IMG/VR virus record: IMGVR_UViG_3300024252_000004
Span: 280,770-344,769 of that record
DNA: 64,000 bases
Origin: a virus
Reading direction: 5' to 3' (one strand)
Of the stretch, positions 49,601 to 60,098 are shown piece after piece (the first letter of the stretch is position 1; each line of letters opens with the position of its first letter). The notes below the pieces were generated by a model. That model searched no databases, was not told the DNA's origin, and saw only the letters and a list, made by a program, of their open reading frames with translations. The translations under genes were made by a program, and so were the position numbers.

Positions 49601-50725
49601 ATGAATATAATTCAAGCCAGTAATGCTAACGTAGTAAGGGTTGCGGAGTATTTCCTACCAAAGGAAATTACAAATCAAAACTTAATAATAGCAGGTGGGT
49701 TTGCTACGTGGCTGCTATATTTGCATAAGACCGTAGAAGATTGGGATAAGTTTTTTGCAGACTTAGATGTGAGTCTCATAAATCTTGAGGATAAACGGTT
49801 AAAGGATGAAGCGACAAAAGGTATTGCGAAATTTGGAGATATAGATATCTGGATTCCGGAGAACCATTCTTTAAGAAAGATGAAAATAATCACAAGTCAG
49901 GAGCTTTATCCCTTTGGCCTTAAAGAAAACGCAGGACTTGTGGAGAAAAGTCTTGCTTCCGAGAAATCATTTGAGAAAAGCTTCGGCATTTCCTCTGACC
50001 TTCTGAAGGTTAGCAGATTCGCACACACATATAGGCTTGAGCATACAGTTAAACTTTTAGGAAAAATAGCGGTTCCGTCAGTGTTCGGCTTGTTTGAGCC
50101 AATTGTAATTCCGTATAGAAAGCGAATTAAAATGAGGAATGCTTTTCAGATTATAAGAAGAACCTGTGATTCGTTAGAGGAAGTTTTTTCTACATTTGAT
50201 TTTCACCATACAAGAGCAGCCTACTACAATGGCTTACTACACTTTACAAAAAAAGCTGAGAGGACTTTCGAAGAGAAGACAATCTTTCCGACAAAGAGTT
50301 TCCTTGAGCGACACGATAGCATATCTATTAACTCTGCCTGTAGAGCATTTAAGTATATGGAGAGGTACGGATTTGGCTTCTCAGAAGACTTGGCAGATAA
50401 GATTGCGGACCTGTATCTTCAAGTTGGAATAGCAGAGGATACTGCGGATTATGTTGGCCCTCCAAAATATGCCATCATCAATTTATTCAATGCAACGAAT
50501 CTCACCCCAGAGTATGATCCAGATTATTTAATCTTTTTTTCAGAGATCACTCCAGAAACCTTGAGTAAGGTTAAAGGTATTTATCTTAAAAGATTTCTAA
50601 CATCATTTAAGACATTTTCGAGAATGTCATGCTTTAAAGATGAGTATATAGGTTTGTTGCTATGTTGCGACATGGAAGAAATAAGTAAAGTAATCGAGAG
50701 GCGACTATATGAACAATCCGACTGA
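49601..50725 (+). CDS. hypothetical protein; weak nucleotidyltransferase-like N-terminus
   Basis: 374-aa ORF; IIAGGFATWLLY..DLDVSL..FGDIDIWIPE loosely resembles GS..DxD of pol-beta-type NTases. Confidence 0.45.
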   Translation: MNIIQASNANVVRVAEYFLPKEITNQNLIIAGGFATWLLYLHKTVEDWDKFFADLDVSLINLEDKRLKDEATKGIAKFGDIDIWIPENHSLRKMKIITSQELYPFGLKENAGLVEKSLASEKSFEKSFGISSDLLKVSRFAHTYRLEHTVKLLGKIAVPSVFGLFEPIVIPYRKRIKMRNAFQIIRRTCDSLEEVFSTFDFHHTRAAYYNGLLHFTKKAERTFEEKTIFPTKSFLERHDSISINSACRAFKYMERYGFGFSEDLADKIADLYLQVGIAEDTADYVGPPKYAIINLFNATNLTPEYDPDYLIFFSEITPETLSKVKGIYLKRFLTSFKTFSRMSCFKDEYIGLLLCCDMEEISKVIERRLYEQSD

Positions 50726-51044
50726 ACTAAGAAATTACATTTACTCTGTTGATGACGAAGAAACATTGGTCACTCTCAATGGAATGTTTCGTGACGCTTT
50801 GACTATCATTGATGTAGAGAGGAAGCTTCAGGAGCTAAAAGACAGCCTGTTCGACGGAGCCAGGATGGAGCACATGATGACATTAGCTCCATTTGAAGAC
50901 GAAGAAGAGGTCATTCATATGGCGGTTACAGTCTTGAAGGGTAAGCTCAATGTGATTGAGGAAAGAAAGAAGGAAGAAGTAGCCGCCGAGCCTGAGGAAC
51001 AAAAGCCCGAAGCTGTTCAGGAGGACTCAAAAACCGAGGATTGA
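50709..51044 (+). CDS. acidic hypothetical protein
   Basis: 111-aa ORF, Glu-rich. Confidence 0.4.
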   Translation: MNNPTELRNYIYSVDDEETLVTLNGMFRDALTIIDVERKLQELKDSLFDGARMEHMMTLAPFEDEEEVIHMAVTVLKGKLNVIEERKKEEVAAEPEEQKPEAVQEDSKTED

Positions 51045-51093
51045 TACTAATATCATGAAGCTCATGTGAATACCCAAATCTGGAGACTATCAC

Positions 51094-52044
51094 ATGGATA
51101 GAAAGATTAGAAAATCCCTTTTAGAGGACTTGATCAAAGCTGCTCAAGAGACTGATGATGATGAAGATGTAAGCTCTTTCATGGGCGATTTCCTCCCTTA
51201 TGATGAGGGTCAGTTCGGAAACCATGAAGTCTTTATGGAAGACTTCACCACAAGGTTTAGGCCGAAAGATATCAATCAGGCAATCGCTATGTCTAATAAT
51301 TCCAATTGGATCACGATTCCAGAGGTAGCAAGAAGAAAAGGTTTTCCTCACCTATATGTCCTTGACCCAGGAAAGGCAACTCCTTATGAAAGATACTTTG
51401 GAGTTAAGACTGAGTACGGGTATTTGGACACACCAGCTACAGCGGCGCTCAGAGCAGCAGTGTTCAACCCTGGTAAGGTGCATCGTTTTGAGGCTAACCA
51501 ACCAATGCTTGAGATTCCACCAGATTACTCATCTTTACCATCTGGAACAAAGTTTATGATATTGGATCCGCAGGCTGAGCAGTCTGTGATTGCGAATGCT
51601 TCAAGAATTATGGAAGGTGCGCAAGGGCGACCAGAACATATCAGAAGGGTTAAGATTGACGAAACTGGCGCAGGAGAGTTTACCTCTACTCATGGCGGAG
51701 ACAGACCTAAGTTAACGCCAGGAATGGCAGAGAATGATCCCGAACTTGATTCTAAGCTAAAGCATCTTGACACCGCAATCGATCGTTTCTATAAGGAAGA
51801 TAAGGACGGTGGGATGCAACTTCGAAGGCTGCACTCTACAGTTGCAAGATTGAGACAAATCCTCGATTCGAAAATTGATGGTTTGGTGTCAGAACAAAGG
51901 GATAAGAATAGGGCTTTGAGATTCGAATTCAAGAAAGAAGAGTATGATGATCTAATTAAGCAAGCGCTTCTAAGAATCATTATCGCAGAGCTTACAGGCG
52001 AAGGTTCGCCATTCGAGGGGACAGACCTCGGATTGCTTCAATGA
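51094..52044 (+). CDS. hypothetical protein (316 aa)
   Basis: ATG start; no domain recognised. Confidence 0.5.
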   Translation: MDRKIRKSLLEDLIKAAQETDDDEDVSSFMGDFLPYDEGQFGNHEVFMEDFTTRFRPKDINQAIAMSNNSNWITIPEVARRKGFPHLYVLDPGKATPYERYFGVKTEYGYLDTPATAALRAAVFNPGKVHRFEANQPMLEIPPDYSSLPSGTKFMILDPQAEQSVIANASRIMEGAQGRPEHIRRVKIDETGAGEFTSTHGGDRPKLTPGMAENDPELDSKLKHLDTAIDRFYKEDKDGGMQLRRLHSTVARLRQILDSKIDGLVSEQRDKNRALRFEFKKEEYDDLIKQALLRIIIAELTGEGSPFEGTDLGLLQ

Positions 52045-52385
52045 ACATAGAGTTTGAAAAAGATGAAATGATGATAGTGGATGGTCACAGTAAAACCGTT
52101 GATGGTTATGTTGTAAAGGACTTTCCAGTATTCGGAATAGCTAAATACAAGTTAAAAGACTCGGGAGCCCAGCCTAATTGGCAATGGAGCATTATCCATA
52201 TCCCGTCAGAAGATATCTTTTCGGATATCTTCAGAACCAAGAAGAGTGCGGAGGAATGGCTGGACATTTTCTTGGAGGAAACTCAAGGACCAAAACAAAT
52301 TCTGCTTACGGTCCCTGGTGTAAGATTGATTAGAATTGATTTTGCAGAAGAGATTAGGACAACATTCGCAGAATGGAATAGATAG
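52041..52385 (+). CDS. hypothetical protein
   Basis: 114-aa ORF. Confidence 0.45.
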   Translation: MNIEFEKDEMMIVDGHSKTVDGYVVKDFPVFGIAKYKLKDSGAQPNWQWSIIHIPSEDIFSDIFRTKKSAEEWLDIFLEETQGPKQILLTVPGVRLIRIDFAEEIRTTFAEWNR

Positions 52386-52395
52386 GGACAAATAA

Positions 52396-53100
52396 ATGAA
52401 GAGAGTCGTCATATCCGACATTCACATTGGCAGCCAATATTTTAAGGCGGTTGAGCTTTTGCGTTTTTTAAGTGAAGTCGAATATGATGAGTTAATTTTA
52501 GCAGGGGACATTATTGATTTCATCAAGGTCCCTGAGTTTACTGACCGTGCTTTAGCAATCGCACGCACAGTTGATTACTCAAAGACTATCATTTATGTTG
52601 TTGGAAATCACGATACCCCGCTCAGAGGGTTTATTGGCAAAGAATTCTTCGGCATCAAATTTGTTGACAAATATGAATTTGAAGAAGGCGGAAGAAAGTT
52701 TAGGGTTGAGCATGGGGATGCCTACGATCATCCTATTCTTCAGAACAAAATATTTATGACGCTACTGTCTATCGTTCACGATGCGATTGAAAAGATCACA
52801 GAGTTCGATATAACTACTTGGTGGTCAGATTACAAGATTAAAAAGAGAAAGCTACGACGTATCTGGGATATTTTGAAAAAGAATAAAGACGTTGACGTAT
52901 TTATAATGGGGCATTCGCACCATCCAGAGTTTGTAATTTGGGGACTTCCTGATAAGGATGATATTTCTATCAAGACTTATGTAAACACTGGAGATTGGGT
53001 CTCGCATCAGACCTATGTTGAAATCATTGACGGAATTGTGAGGTTGAAAGATTATGGAGCAGGAAACACTGATATTGGATCGGACGAATTTACCGATTAA
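52396..53100 (+). CDS. metallophosphoesterase (LpxH/calcineurin-like)
   Basis: ISDIHIG..AGDIID..GNHD..EHGD..MGHSHHP..NTGDW motif series. Confidence 0.65.
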   Translation: MKRVVISDIHIGSQYFKAVELLRFLSEVEYDELILAGDIIDFIKVPEFTDRALAIARTVDYSKTIIYVVGNHDTPLRGFIGKEFFGIKFVDKYEFEEGGRKFRVEHGDAYDHPILQNKIFMTLLSIVHDAIEKITEFDITTWWSDYKIKKRKLRRIWDILKKNKDVDVFIMGHSHHPEFVIWGLPDKDDISIKTYVNTGDWVSHQTYVEIIDGIVRLKDYGAGNTDIGSDEFTD

Positions 53101-53743
53101 CGAGTGGCTTAATTACATAGACAGTGAGGGCTGCGGATTAGATTTAGTCATTACCGACCCTCCATATCCATTCGATAACAAAAATGGCTCAGGGAGACAC
53201 TCCTATCATGAAGGTGCCGACCTCATGTATCATAGGATGGACTGGAAGGAACTTCAGAGTGTTTTTGTCAAGATTAAAGATTTAATGAATGATGGTGGAA
53301 GAATCTATGTTTTCTCCAATCGTGATGGATATGAAAAGACGAAACAGCTCATGCTCGATGCAGGCTATCGTTACCTTAATACTATCGTTTGGGATAAAGA
53401 AAGGTTTGGTGGCGGGTATCACTGGAGGAATTCAGTCGAGTACATCCATTATTTCTGCAAGCCAAAGAAGCCAGCAGTCCTTGTCAAAGGTGCTCGCAAT
53501 GTGTTTGAGTATAAGAAGCCTACAAAGAAGTGTGCTATTCCTGAGATTGGTTATGACCCAGCGTCCAATGACTCTCCGAAGCCTCACGAAATATGGAGAG
53601 ACATCATATTGCATGGCGGAGCAGAGGGTGATGTAGTAGCAGACCCATTTGCCGGCTCTGACCCATTGTCAGCAGCACTACTTTTGAACGACGAACTTGC
53701 AGAGAAGGTAAGTAGAGCATATACAAATTCTTTTGATGTTTAA
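53054..53743 (+). CDS. DNA N6-adenine/N4-cytosine methyltransferase (beta class)
   Basis: ITDPPY motif IV upstream of AdoMet motif DPFAGSD; no restriction partner nearby. Confidence 0.75.
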   Translation: MEQETLILDRTNLPINEWLNYIDSEGCGLDLVITDPPYPFDNKNGSGRHSYHEGADLMYHRMDWKELQSVFVKIKDLMNDGGRIYVFSNRDGYEKTKQLMLDAGYRYLNTIVWDKERFGGGYHWRNSVEYIHYFCKPKKPAVLVKGARNVFEYKKPTKKCAIPEIGYDPASNDSPKPHEIWRDIILHGGAEGDVVADPFAGSDPLSAALLLNDELAEKVSRAYTNSFDV

Positions 53744-53809
53744 ATAGTTTTTAATCTACCCGAAACGTAAAAATGGTTGGAACCTTTTATGTTCTATGGA
53801 GATTAAAAC

Positions 53810-55411
53810 ATGGGAAAAGTTGTAAAGATTGGACCTGAAGCAAGAAAAGAAATGCTTCAAGGTGTAGATATTTTAGCAAACGCCGTTAAGGCCACTCTTG
53901 GTCCGCGAGGAAGAAACGTTGCTATCGAAAGGGAATGGGGTCACCCGCTTATTACAAAAGATGGTGTGACTGTAGCTCGACAGATCAGATTGGATGATAG
54001 AATTCAGAACATGGGAGCACAGTTGGTGCGTTCGGTTGCAGCCGCAGCAAATAGCGCGGCAGGAGACGGGACAACAACTGCAACTGTTCTCGCTCAGGCA
54101 ATCTACTCCAAAGGCTTAGTTCTTGTAGACGAAGAGGGACTCAACCCTGTTCTTCTTAGACGCGGCATTGACCTTGCTGTGACAAAACTTTCAAGTAGAC
54201 TGAAGGGCTTATCTGCATCTGTAAGCGATGAAGCAAGCATGAGAAGTGTTGCTGTAATCTCTGCAAATAATGATAAGGTTCTCGGTGCCAAAATCGCAGA
54301 AGCTATCGCGGCAGTTGGTCAGCACGGAGTCATTTCCGTTGAGGAAGCGACTGGAAGATCAACTGAGGTGTTCTACTCGGAAGGTATCAAGCTCGATAAG
54401 GGATGGACCTCTGAGCATTTCGTGACAAATTCTGCAAGATTTACGGCAGAATTTGATGATTGTCTTATATTTCCTTATGATGGGGCGATTTCCAGCATCA
54501 CTGATGTAAGGGAAATTTTTGAGGAATTAGCCGAGCAATCCAAACCCGTTCTTTTGGTTGTAAAGCAGATCACAGATGAAGCTATTGCTCATCTTGTCTA
54601 CAACAAGATTCAGGGAAATATTAGAATCGCGGTAGTTCGTTCTCCTGGGTTTGGTGATTCGAGACGTGCATTCCTCGAAGACCTTGCCATTGTTTCTGGC
54701 GGAAAGATGTTCTGTGATAATGACGGAATCGGTCTTGACGGAGCAACAGTTGCTGATCTTGGGACCGCACGCAGGGTCATCGTAAGCCAGAACAGCACAA
54801 CTATAATTGAAGGTGGGGCAGATCCCAAAGATGTTGAGGCGAGAGCCATTCAGATTAAAGAGCAGCTTACTGCTGGTGGTCAACATGATTATCAGCTTGA
54901 GATTCTAAAAAGCAGACTTGCAAGAATCACTGGCTCGGCAGCGATTTTTAAGGTCGGCGGAAAATCTGAAGCTGAAATGAGAGAGAGAAAGGACAGAGTG
55001 GAAGATGCTATCAACGCTGTACGTTCAGCGCTTGAAGAAGGTGTAGTTCCCGGTGGTGGCTCCGCACTAATTCATGCCCTTCCAGTCCTTGACGAGATTG
55101 AGACAGATGGCCTTCTTCCTGAAGAGGTGGCCGGCATTGGAATTATCAGAGAGGCAGTTAAGGCCCCATTTTATCAGATTCTTGATAACGCCGGAGTCAC
55201 TGGTGCTGATGATTTTGTTGAGCAGATTTTGAATTCTGATGAGCCAAGCGGTTATGATGCTCTTAATCTTGAGTTTGTAACTAACATGTTAGACAATGGG
55301 ATTATGGATCCTTGTAAAGTTGTAAGAAGCTCTTTGGAGCATGCTGCATCAGCCAGTGGAACACTGCTGACGACAGAGGTTGCAATTTACGAAACTGAAA
55401 CGGAGAGATAA
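53810..55411 (+). CDS. groL: chaperonin GroEL (Cpn60)
   Basis: 533 aa; MGKVVKIGPEARKEMLQGVDILANAVKATLGPRGRNV..AGDGTTTATVLAQAI..full-length GroEL similarity. Confidence 0.9.
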   Translation: MGKVVKIGPEARKEMLQGVDILANAVKATLGPRGRNVAIEREWGHPLITKDGVTVARQIRLDDRIQNMGAQLVRSVAAAANSAAGDGTTTATVLAQAIYSKGLVLVDEEGLNPVLLRRGIDLAVTKLSSRLKGLSASVSDEASMRSVAVISANNDKVLGAKIAEAIAAVGQHGVISVEEATGRSTEVFYSEGIKLDKGWTSEHFVTNSARFTAEFDDCLIFPYDGAISSITDVREIFEELAEQSKPVLLVVKQITDEAIAHLVYNKIQGNIRIAVVRSPGFGDSRRAFLEDLAIVSGGKMFCDNDGIGLDGATVADLGTARRVIVSQNSTTIIEGGADPKDVEARAIQIKEQLTAGGQHDYQLEILKSRLARITGSAAIFKVGGKSEAEMRERKDRVEDAINAVRSALEEGVVPGGGSALIHALPVLDEIETDGLLPEEVAGIGIIREAVKAPFYQILDNAGVTGADDFVEQILNSDEPSGYDALNLEFVTNMLDNGIMDPCKVVRSSLEHAASASGTLLTTEVAIYETETER

Positions 55412-55695
55412 TGGATGATTTTTTGCTGGTCAATGCAGGACTCAATCTTCAGAAGTTCGAGAACAATAAGCATTTCTCATTGGAAGAGCACCCTGAGATT
55501 ATGGAAGCACTTAATGTATTTCCAAATGGGGAGATTTGCGGAATTCGACTTGAAGCAATCGAAGAGGTCTTAAACGACACAGAAGTTGACAACATTCGCA
55601 ATGAACTCAAGGCAGCCCCAAAGCATGTAGAGATTAGATCAGCAAGAGATTTCTTAAAGGTCATAGCATACTACATTGATATTGAAGAATATTGA
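55411..55695 (+). CDS. hypothetical protein (not GroES-like)
   Basis: 94-aa ORF overlapping GroEL stop; no mobile-loop/GroES signature. Confidence 0.4.
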   Translation: MDDFLLVNAGLNLQKFENNKHFSLEEHPEIMEALNVFPNGEICGIRLEAIEEVLNDTEVDNIRNELKAAPKHVEIRSARDFLKVIAYYIDIEEY

Positions 55696-55711
55696 CCTTA
55701 GCAAATAGTTC

Positions 55712-55745
55712 AAAAGCCTGATAGCAATTTAGCTGTCGGGCTTTT
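55712..55745 (+). terminator. candidate intrinsic terminator
   Basis: AAAAGCC..(inner stem GATAGC/GCTGTC)..GGCTTTT followed by T-rich tract. Confidence 0.35.
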
Positions 55746-55769
55746 GTCATTTCTAATAATATAGTTTGT

Positions 55770-57344
55770 TTGATTGAGGTGAACGTGCGTAAGCTTGCAG
55801 ACTTAGAAGTTACAGAGAAGACAGATCCTGCTACCGGAAATAAAATCCGTATTAGCACGACTGCTCGTCTTGCGTTGAGAATTATGTTTCCAAAGTTTAC
55901 TGAAGAAAGGAATGCGAGACTAAATGATCGAATGGCATTCATGTTCAGTAATTCAGCAGGCAACGTTGTTCACCGTTTCAAATTAGGGAACAAAGATACC
56001 GGAGCATGGCGCCCAGCGGAACCAGATTCTGGTGAACAGAATAATAGAGAAGTTGCTGAAATTAGGTCAGGCCCAGGCGGAGACTTTTTCTTCATTTCTG
56101 CTATTAGGCAGGGATACATTGATATCTTAACATTACAAGATAATTGGAAGCAGGGAAAGCCTAATCAAGGTGGATCAAAAGGTGCTGGCGCAGGAGCCGG
56201 TGATGGAGATGTATCTTTGGCGAGTCTGAATATCGACATGAGTATATTCGGAGCTACTAATAAAACGAATTTGGACAGAAACAGGAGACATAACATGTCA
56301 GCATTGCGCATTCTTGCAGATTTAGCAAACAAGTTGGACAGTTTTGGTGAGACCAAGGCTGCTGATGAAGTAACCAAGATGATAGAGAAGAGAGCTAGGT
56401 GGCCTTTTGGAAAGGCGGACGAAGAGGAAGAATTTCCTGCTGCCCCTCCAGTCCCTAAGCCTCCTGTGTCTCCACAGTCTTCTCCATTTTTAAGAGGAAC
56501 AATTCCTCCTGCGCCGCCTATGAACCCTGTTGTTACGACCAGTCCGGAAGGTTTCAGCGATGCTCCAGTTGCTGAACCAGCAGAGTCAAGAGTAGTTGGA
56601 AAGCTTGGTCCGATTAGGCCAGACAAAGATCCTTACTCTTACGAATTCCTTCCTTCCGAAGGTGTCTTCAGAGTTTCCAGCTACACTTATGGGCCAGGAG
56701 CGGCCCCTAACCCAAGGGCAGAGAGAGCCGTTGGCGCACATATTACAAGAGAAAATGCAAGAGCTTGGGCTGTATTGTCCGAGTATGTTCCAGAAGGGGA
56801 CAAGTCCCCTTCCGAAGGGAGACATCTTCTCACAGAGTCTACAGGTGATCCTGCAAGAGACTGGAAAGAAGCACAGCTTCAGTTTGCTGGCTGGGTTAAC
56901 TCAGGACACTTTGGTACTGAACTTCAGAAGAAGTTTAGACTTGCAGACCCGGGTATGCCAATGCGTCAGCTTATGGATGCAGAGCTTTCTCCAGAGAGTG
57001 CGGGATTCCTTGTTGAAAGGTTTGAGGCAATGATTGCTGGAAATGTTCTTTCGGATCTAAAAGATCCTGAGACTCTCCTCAGATATGCTCTTGAGCTTCA
57101 GAACTATGCTCATCTTGCTAACAGGGCAAGGGCAGTAGGTCAGCAGTCAATGAGAGAATCTGAGACGGTCATGTCTCCGGGTGGATACCCATCATCATAC
57201 CCATCATCATCAGAGGCTGAAGATTTCACACTGGCATCTATGGACTCAATAGAGGATATAAGAAAGAAGGCATCTGCTAACGTAGATAGGCTTGCAGCAC
57301 TTTTCACAGTCCCAGGTGGAAGCGGTCCTTTCGGAAGGGACTGA
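55770..57344 (+). CDS. hypothetical protein (524 aa; Pro-rich centre, possible virion protein)
   Basis: GTG start; long ORF. Confidence 0.5.
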   Translation: MIEVNVRKLADLEVTEKTDPATGNKIRISTTARLALRIMFPKFTEERNARLNDRMAFMFSNSAGNVVHRFKLGNKDTGAWRPAEPDSGEQNNREVAEIRSGPGGDFFFISAIRQGYIDILTLQDNWKQGKPNQGGSKGAGAGAGDGDVSLASLNIDMSIFGATNKTNLDRNRRHNMSALRILADLANKLDSFGETKAADEVTKMIEKRARWPFGKADEEEEFPAAPPVPKPPVSPQSSPFLRGTIPPAPPMNPVVTTSPEGFSDAPVAEPAESRVVGKLGPIRPDKDPYSYEFLPSEGVFRVSSYTYGPGAAPNPRAERAVGAHITRENARAWAVLSEYVPEGDKSPSEGRHLLTESTGDPARDWKEAQLQFAGWVNSGHFGTELQKKFRLADPGMPMRQLMDAELSPESAGFLVERFEAMIAGNVLSDLKDPETLLRYALELQNYAHLANRARAVGQQSMRESETVMSPGGYPSSYPSSSEAEDFTLASMDSIEDIRKKASANVDRLAALFTVPGGSGPFGRD

Positions 57345-58921
57345 TGGAGAAAAAGACGCCGGGGTTTTCATTAGATGATTTAGTTCCATCTGAAGAAGCT
57401 GCGTCAGGCATGCACGTTCCTGTAGGGGAGATGATGTTTGCAATCCCGAATAAAGCAGATGATGAAGAGATTGAGGAGGAAGGTATGGAAAAGGAAGCCT
57501 TAGGCTTGACCAGTATGCCTCAATCTTTATATGGCGGCGAAGTTCTTGACCTGCCAGGAAGTCCTCAGCCTTCTGGACTCAGCAGAGAACAGGGCGAGGA
57601 TGAAGAGACTGAATTTTTTGGAGCTAAAGAGGAGGGCGTAGATCTTCCTCCAGAACATTACAAAACTCAGAAGAAACAGGGAATCTCAGAAGATGATGAA
57701 ACAGATGAAGAATTCTTTGACTTCTTATTTACTAACAAAAGTCACAACTTCCTGAGAGAGGAATCAAACATGAGACACTTAATTGAGAAATTAGCCGAAG
57801 GGTTAGATAAGGTTGGAGAAAAGGACGCAGCACTTGTTGCATTGGCACTTACCGACGATAGAATAAACTATTCGGAGTCTGTAAAACCTCCTGCACCTGA
57901 TAATTCTGCCCCTGATTCGAGAAAAGATGAAATCTATAAAAAATTAGTATATGATTTTGGGATGATTACAGATTGGCTTTATCGCCCAGACGGTGAATTT
58001 ACACCCAACAAATTAGAGAAAATGTGGGAAATGCTCAAGCAGCGCAAGCCTGCGCTGAGTGATGACAGAAAAGCGGAATTTATGAGTCTTGCAAAAGAGT
58101 GGGGGATGCAAGATCGTTATGGGGAAAGTTCTGCGGAAGAAGTTTCGACCGGCGAAGGAGTGCTTGCAAAGCCAGCAGAGCAGCCGTCTGGCGGAGTAAC
58201 TCCGGTAGCTAAGCCAAGATCCGGCTGGGAAGGTTACTTCGCAAATGGTGGACCAAAAGGCATGAAAGCCGCCTGGGAAGCATGGGTGGCAGCCAACCCT
58301 AATCAGGGATATGATGCGTCTTTCTTGTCATGGGTTAAGTGGTACAGGAAGCAGGTTACAGATAGAACCATTCCGTCTGGAGGTAATGTAGATGCTGTTC
58401 TTAGACTATTAGGAGGGGCTGCTCCCGCAGCGCCAGCCGCAAAAACAGATGAGGCAGCTAAGCCTGCTGAGGATACTGAGCCACCTATTGCAGAAGAGGG
58501 TAAGCCTCCAAGAGAGGCAATGGAAGAATACTTCAGAGCTATTTCTTCTAAGACAAGAGAAGCGAGAATCGCAGGTCCGTTAAGACTAAGAAACGCAAGA
58601 GTCAGAAGAAGAATCAGAAGACTCGGAGATCCAGCAGCGGCAGTAGAAGCTGTTCTCTCTTTCAGAGGCGGAGGCGATGTTGAGAAGGGTCTTGCGCTTT
58701 ATGATAGTTATGATCAGACACAGACACCTGAAGGAACAGAAGAGCGCGGTGGCAAAACCGTATCAACCTACAAGATGTCTGAGTTCCAAAACAAGGCAGT
58801 CAGTGATATCCTTACTCTGAAAGTAAGGGATTATAGAGCTGGCAGAGGACGTACCAGAAGAAGCGTGGCTTTTGAGGACAGACAAGATCAGCTTCTAAAG
58901 ATGGCAGCAGAAAATTCCTAA
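57344..58921 (+). CDS. hypothetical protein (525 aa; acidic N-terminus, Ala/Pro-rich linker)
   Basis: ATGA overlap with previous gene. Confidence 0.5.
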   Translation: MEKKTPGFSLDDLVPSEEAASGMHVPVGEMMFAIPNKADDEEIEEEGMEKEALGLTSMPQSLYGGEVLDLPGSPQPSGLSREQGEDEETEFFGAKEEGVDLPPEHYKTQKKQGISEDDETDEEFFDFLFTNKSHNFLREESNMRHLIEKLAEGLDKVGEKDAALVALALTDDRINYSESVKPPAPDNSAPDSRKDEIYKKLVYDFGMITDWLYRPDGEFTPNKLEKMWEMLKQRKPALSDDRKAEFMSLAKEWGMQDRYGESSAEEVSTGEGVLAKPAEQPSGGVTPVAKPRSGWEGYFANGGPKGMKAAWEAWVAANPNQGYDASFLSWVKWYRKQVTDRTIPSGGNVDAVLRLLGGAAPAAPAAKTDEAAKPAEDTEPPIAEEGKPPREAMEEYFRAISSKTREARIAGPLRLRNARVRRRIRRLGDPAAAVEAVLSFRGGGDVEKGLALYDSYDQTQTPEGTEERGGKTVSTYKMSEFQNKAVSDILTLKVRDYRAGRGRTRRSVAFEDRQDQLLKMAAENS

Positions 58922-58942
58922 GCCAATTTAGAATGGAGCAGA

Positions 58943-58972
58943 AACAAGGAGGGCTTAGCCTTCCTTGTTTGC
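58943..58972 (+). terminator. candidate intrinsic terminator
   Basis: AACAAGGAGG-GCTTAG-CCTTCCTTGTT then TTGCG. Confidence 0.45.
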
Positions 58973-58985
58973 GTTAGAGCATATT

Positions 58986-59014
58986 TTTCCAAATTTCCCA
59001 CAGGGTGGTATAAG
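58986..59014 (+). promoter_or_regulatory. sigma70-like promoter, family copy 7, upstream of purA
   Basis: TTTCCA-N17(AATTTCCCACAGGGTGG)-TATAAG. Confidence 0.55.
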
Positions 59015-59087
59015 GGAGCATGTCCGTAGCTCTTAGTAGTTGCCTTGTATTCGCTTCGGTACTATTATCGCTCATGGAGGAATTTAC

Positions 59088-60098
59088 ATGTTGTTATCCG
59101 CAGATGTTGTAGTGGGGCTCGCTTGGGGCGATGAAGCAAAAGGAAAGATCACCTCAGCCTTGGCAGCTACAGGGCAGTACGACGCCGTGGCTCGCTGGGC
59201 CGGAGGCAATAACGCAGGCCATACGGTCTACGTCAATGGCGAAAAATACAAAACACACCTTGTTCCAAGCGGCGTATTCCACGGAATGCTTTCCATCGTT
59301 GGTCCCGGCTGTGTATTGCATCCAGAAGAATTTGAAAAAGAATTGGCTTACCTCGCAGGACACGGATTCGATACCTCTCTTGTGAAGGTATCTCCGAATT
59401 GCCACATTGTTCAAGACGAGCATATTGAGTTTGACAAGCAGAACCTTGCAAAGAAGCTTGGCACAACCTCAAAAGGTATTGCACCGAGTTACGCAGCTAA
59501 GGCGGCAAGAACAGGTCTTCTTGCCAAAGACTATTACGAAGGCAGTGACATCCTATGGGACGGTCAGCTTAGCGGTGTATTATTGTGTGAAGGAGCGCAG
59601 GGGGCTTGGTTAGATATTGATCACGGGAATTATCCCTATGTGACCTCAAGCATTACACTTGCCTATGGAGCTTGCAGTATAGGCTTCGCACCACAGCTCA
59701 TTAAGAGCATCTGGGGCGCTGCCAAAATTTATGACACAAGAAGCGGAGAAGATCCTATTTTTCCTGCGTCACTACTTGATGACCCTATGCTGTCAAAGGT
59801 TGGGGAAATTGGGGCCGAATATGGTGTGACCACAGGGCGCAGAAGAAAGGTAAATTGGCTTGATGTTGATATGCTGATTAAGTCTATCAATTTGACTGGA
59901 TGCACACACGTTGTTGTTAGCAAATGTGATGTATTGGAAGAGGCCGGAGTTTACAGGATGTATTGTAGAGGGATTCAGAACGAGCTTTCTGAGTTCGAAA
60001 GCATTACCGATATGACCGGAGTGCTGGAGACTCTTCTTAGAAAGAATTGTTCCCTTCTCAAGAGAGTGATCTTTTCCTCTTCACCGGAGAATATATGA
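59088..60098 (+). CDS. purA: adenylosuccinate synthetase
   Basis: SD GGAGG + ATG 59088; VVVGLAWGDEAKGK P-loop and GGNNAGHTV motif. Confidence 0.85.
   Translation: MLLSADVVVGLAWGDEAKGKITSALAATGQYDAVARWAGGNNAGHTVYVNGEKYKTHLVPSGVFHGMLSIVGPGCVLHPEEFEKELAYLAGHGFDTSLVKVSPNCHIVQDEHIEFDKQNLAKKLGTTSKGIAPSYAAKAARTGLLAKDYYEGSDILWDGQLSGVLLCEGAQGAWLDIDHGNYPYVTSSITLAYGACSIGFAPQLIKSIWGAAKIYDTRSGEDPIFPASLLDDPMLSKVGEIGAEYGVTTGRRRKVNWLDVDMLIKSINLTGCTHVVVSKCDVLEEAGVYRMYCRGIQNELSEFESITDMTGVLETLLRKNCSLLKRVIFSSSPENI

Noticed and set aside
55411-55695. Possible GroES immediately after GroEL
   Set aside because: The sequence has no GroES mobile-loop or beta-barrel signature and does not align to Cpn10.
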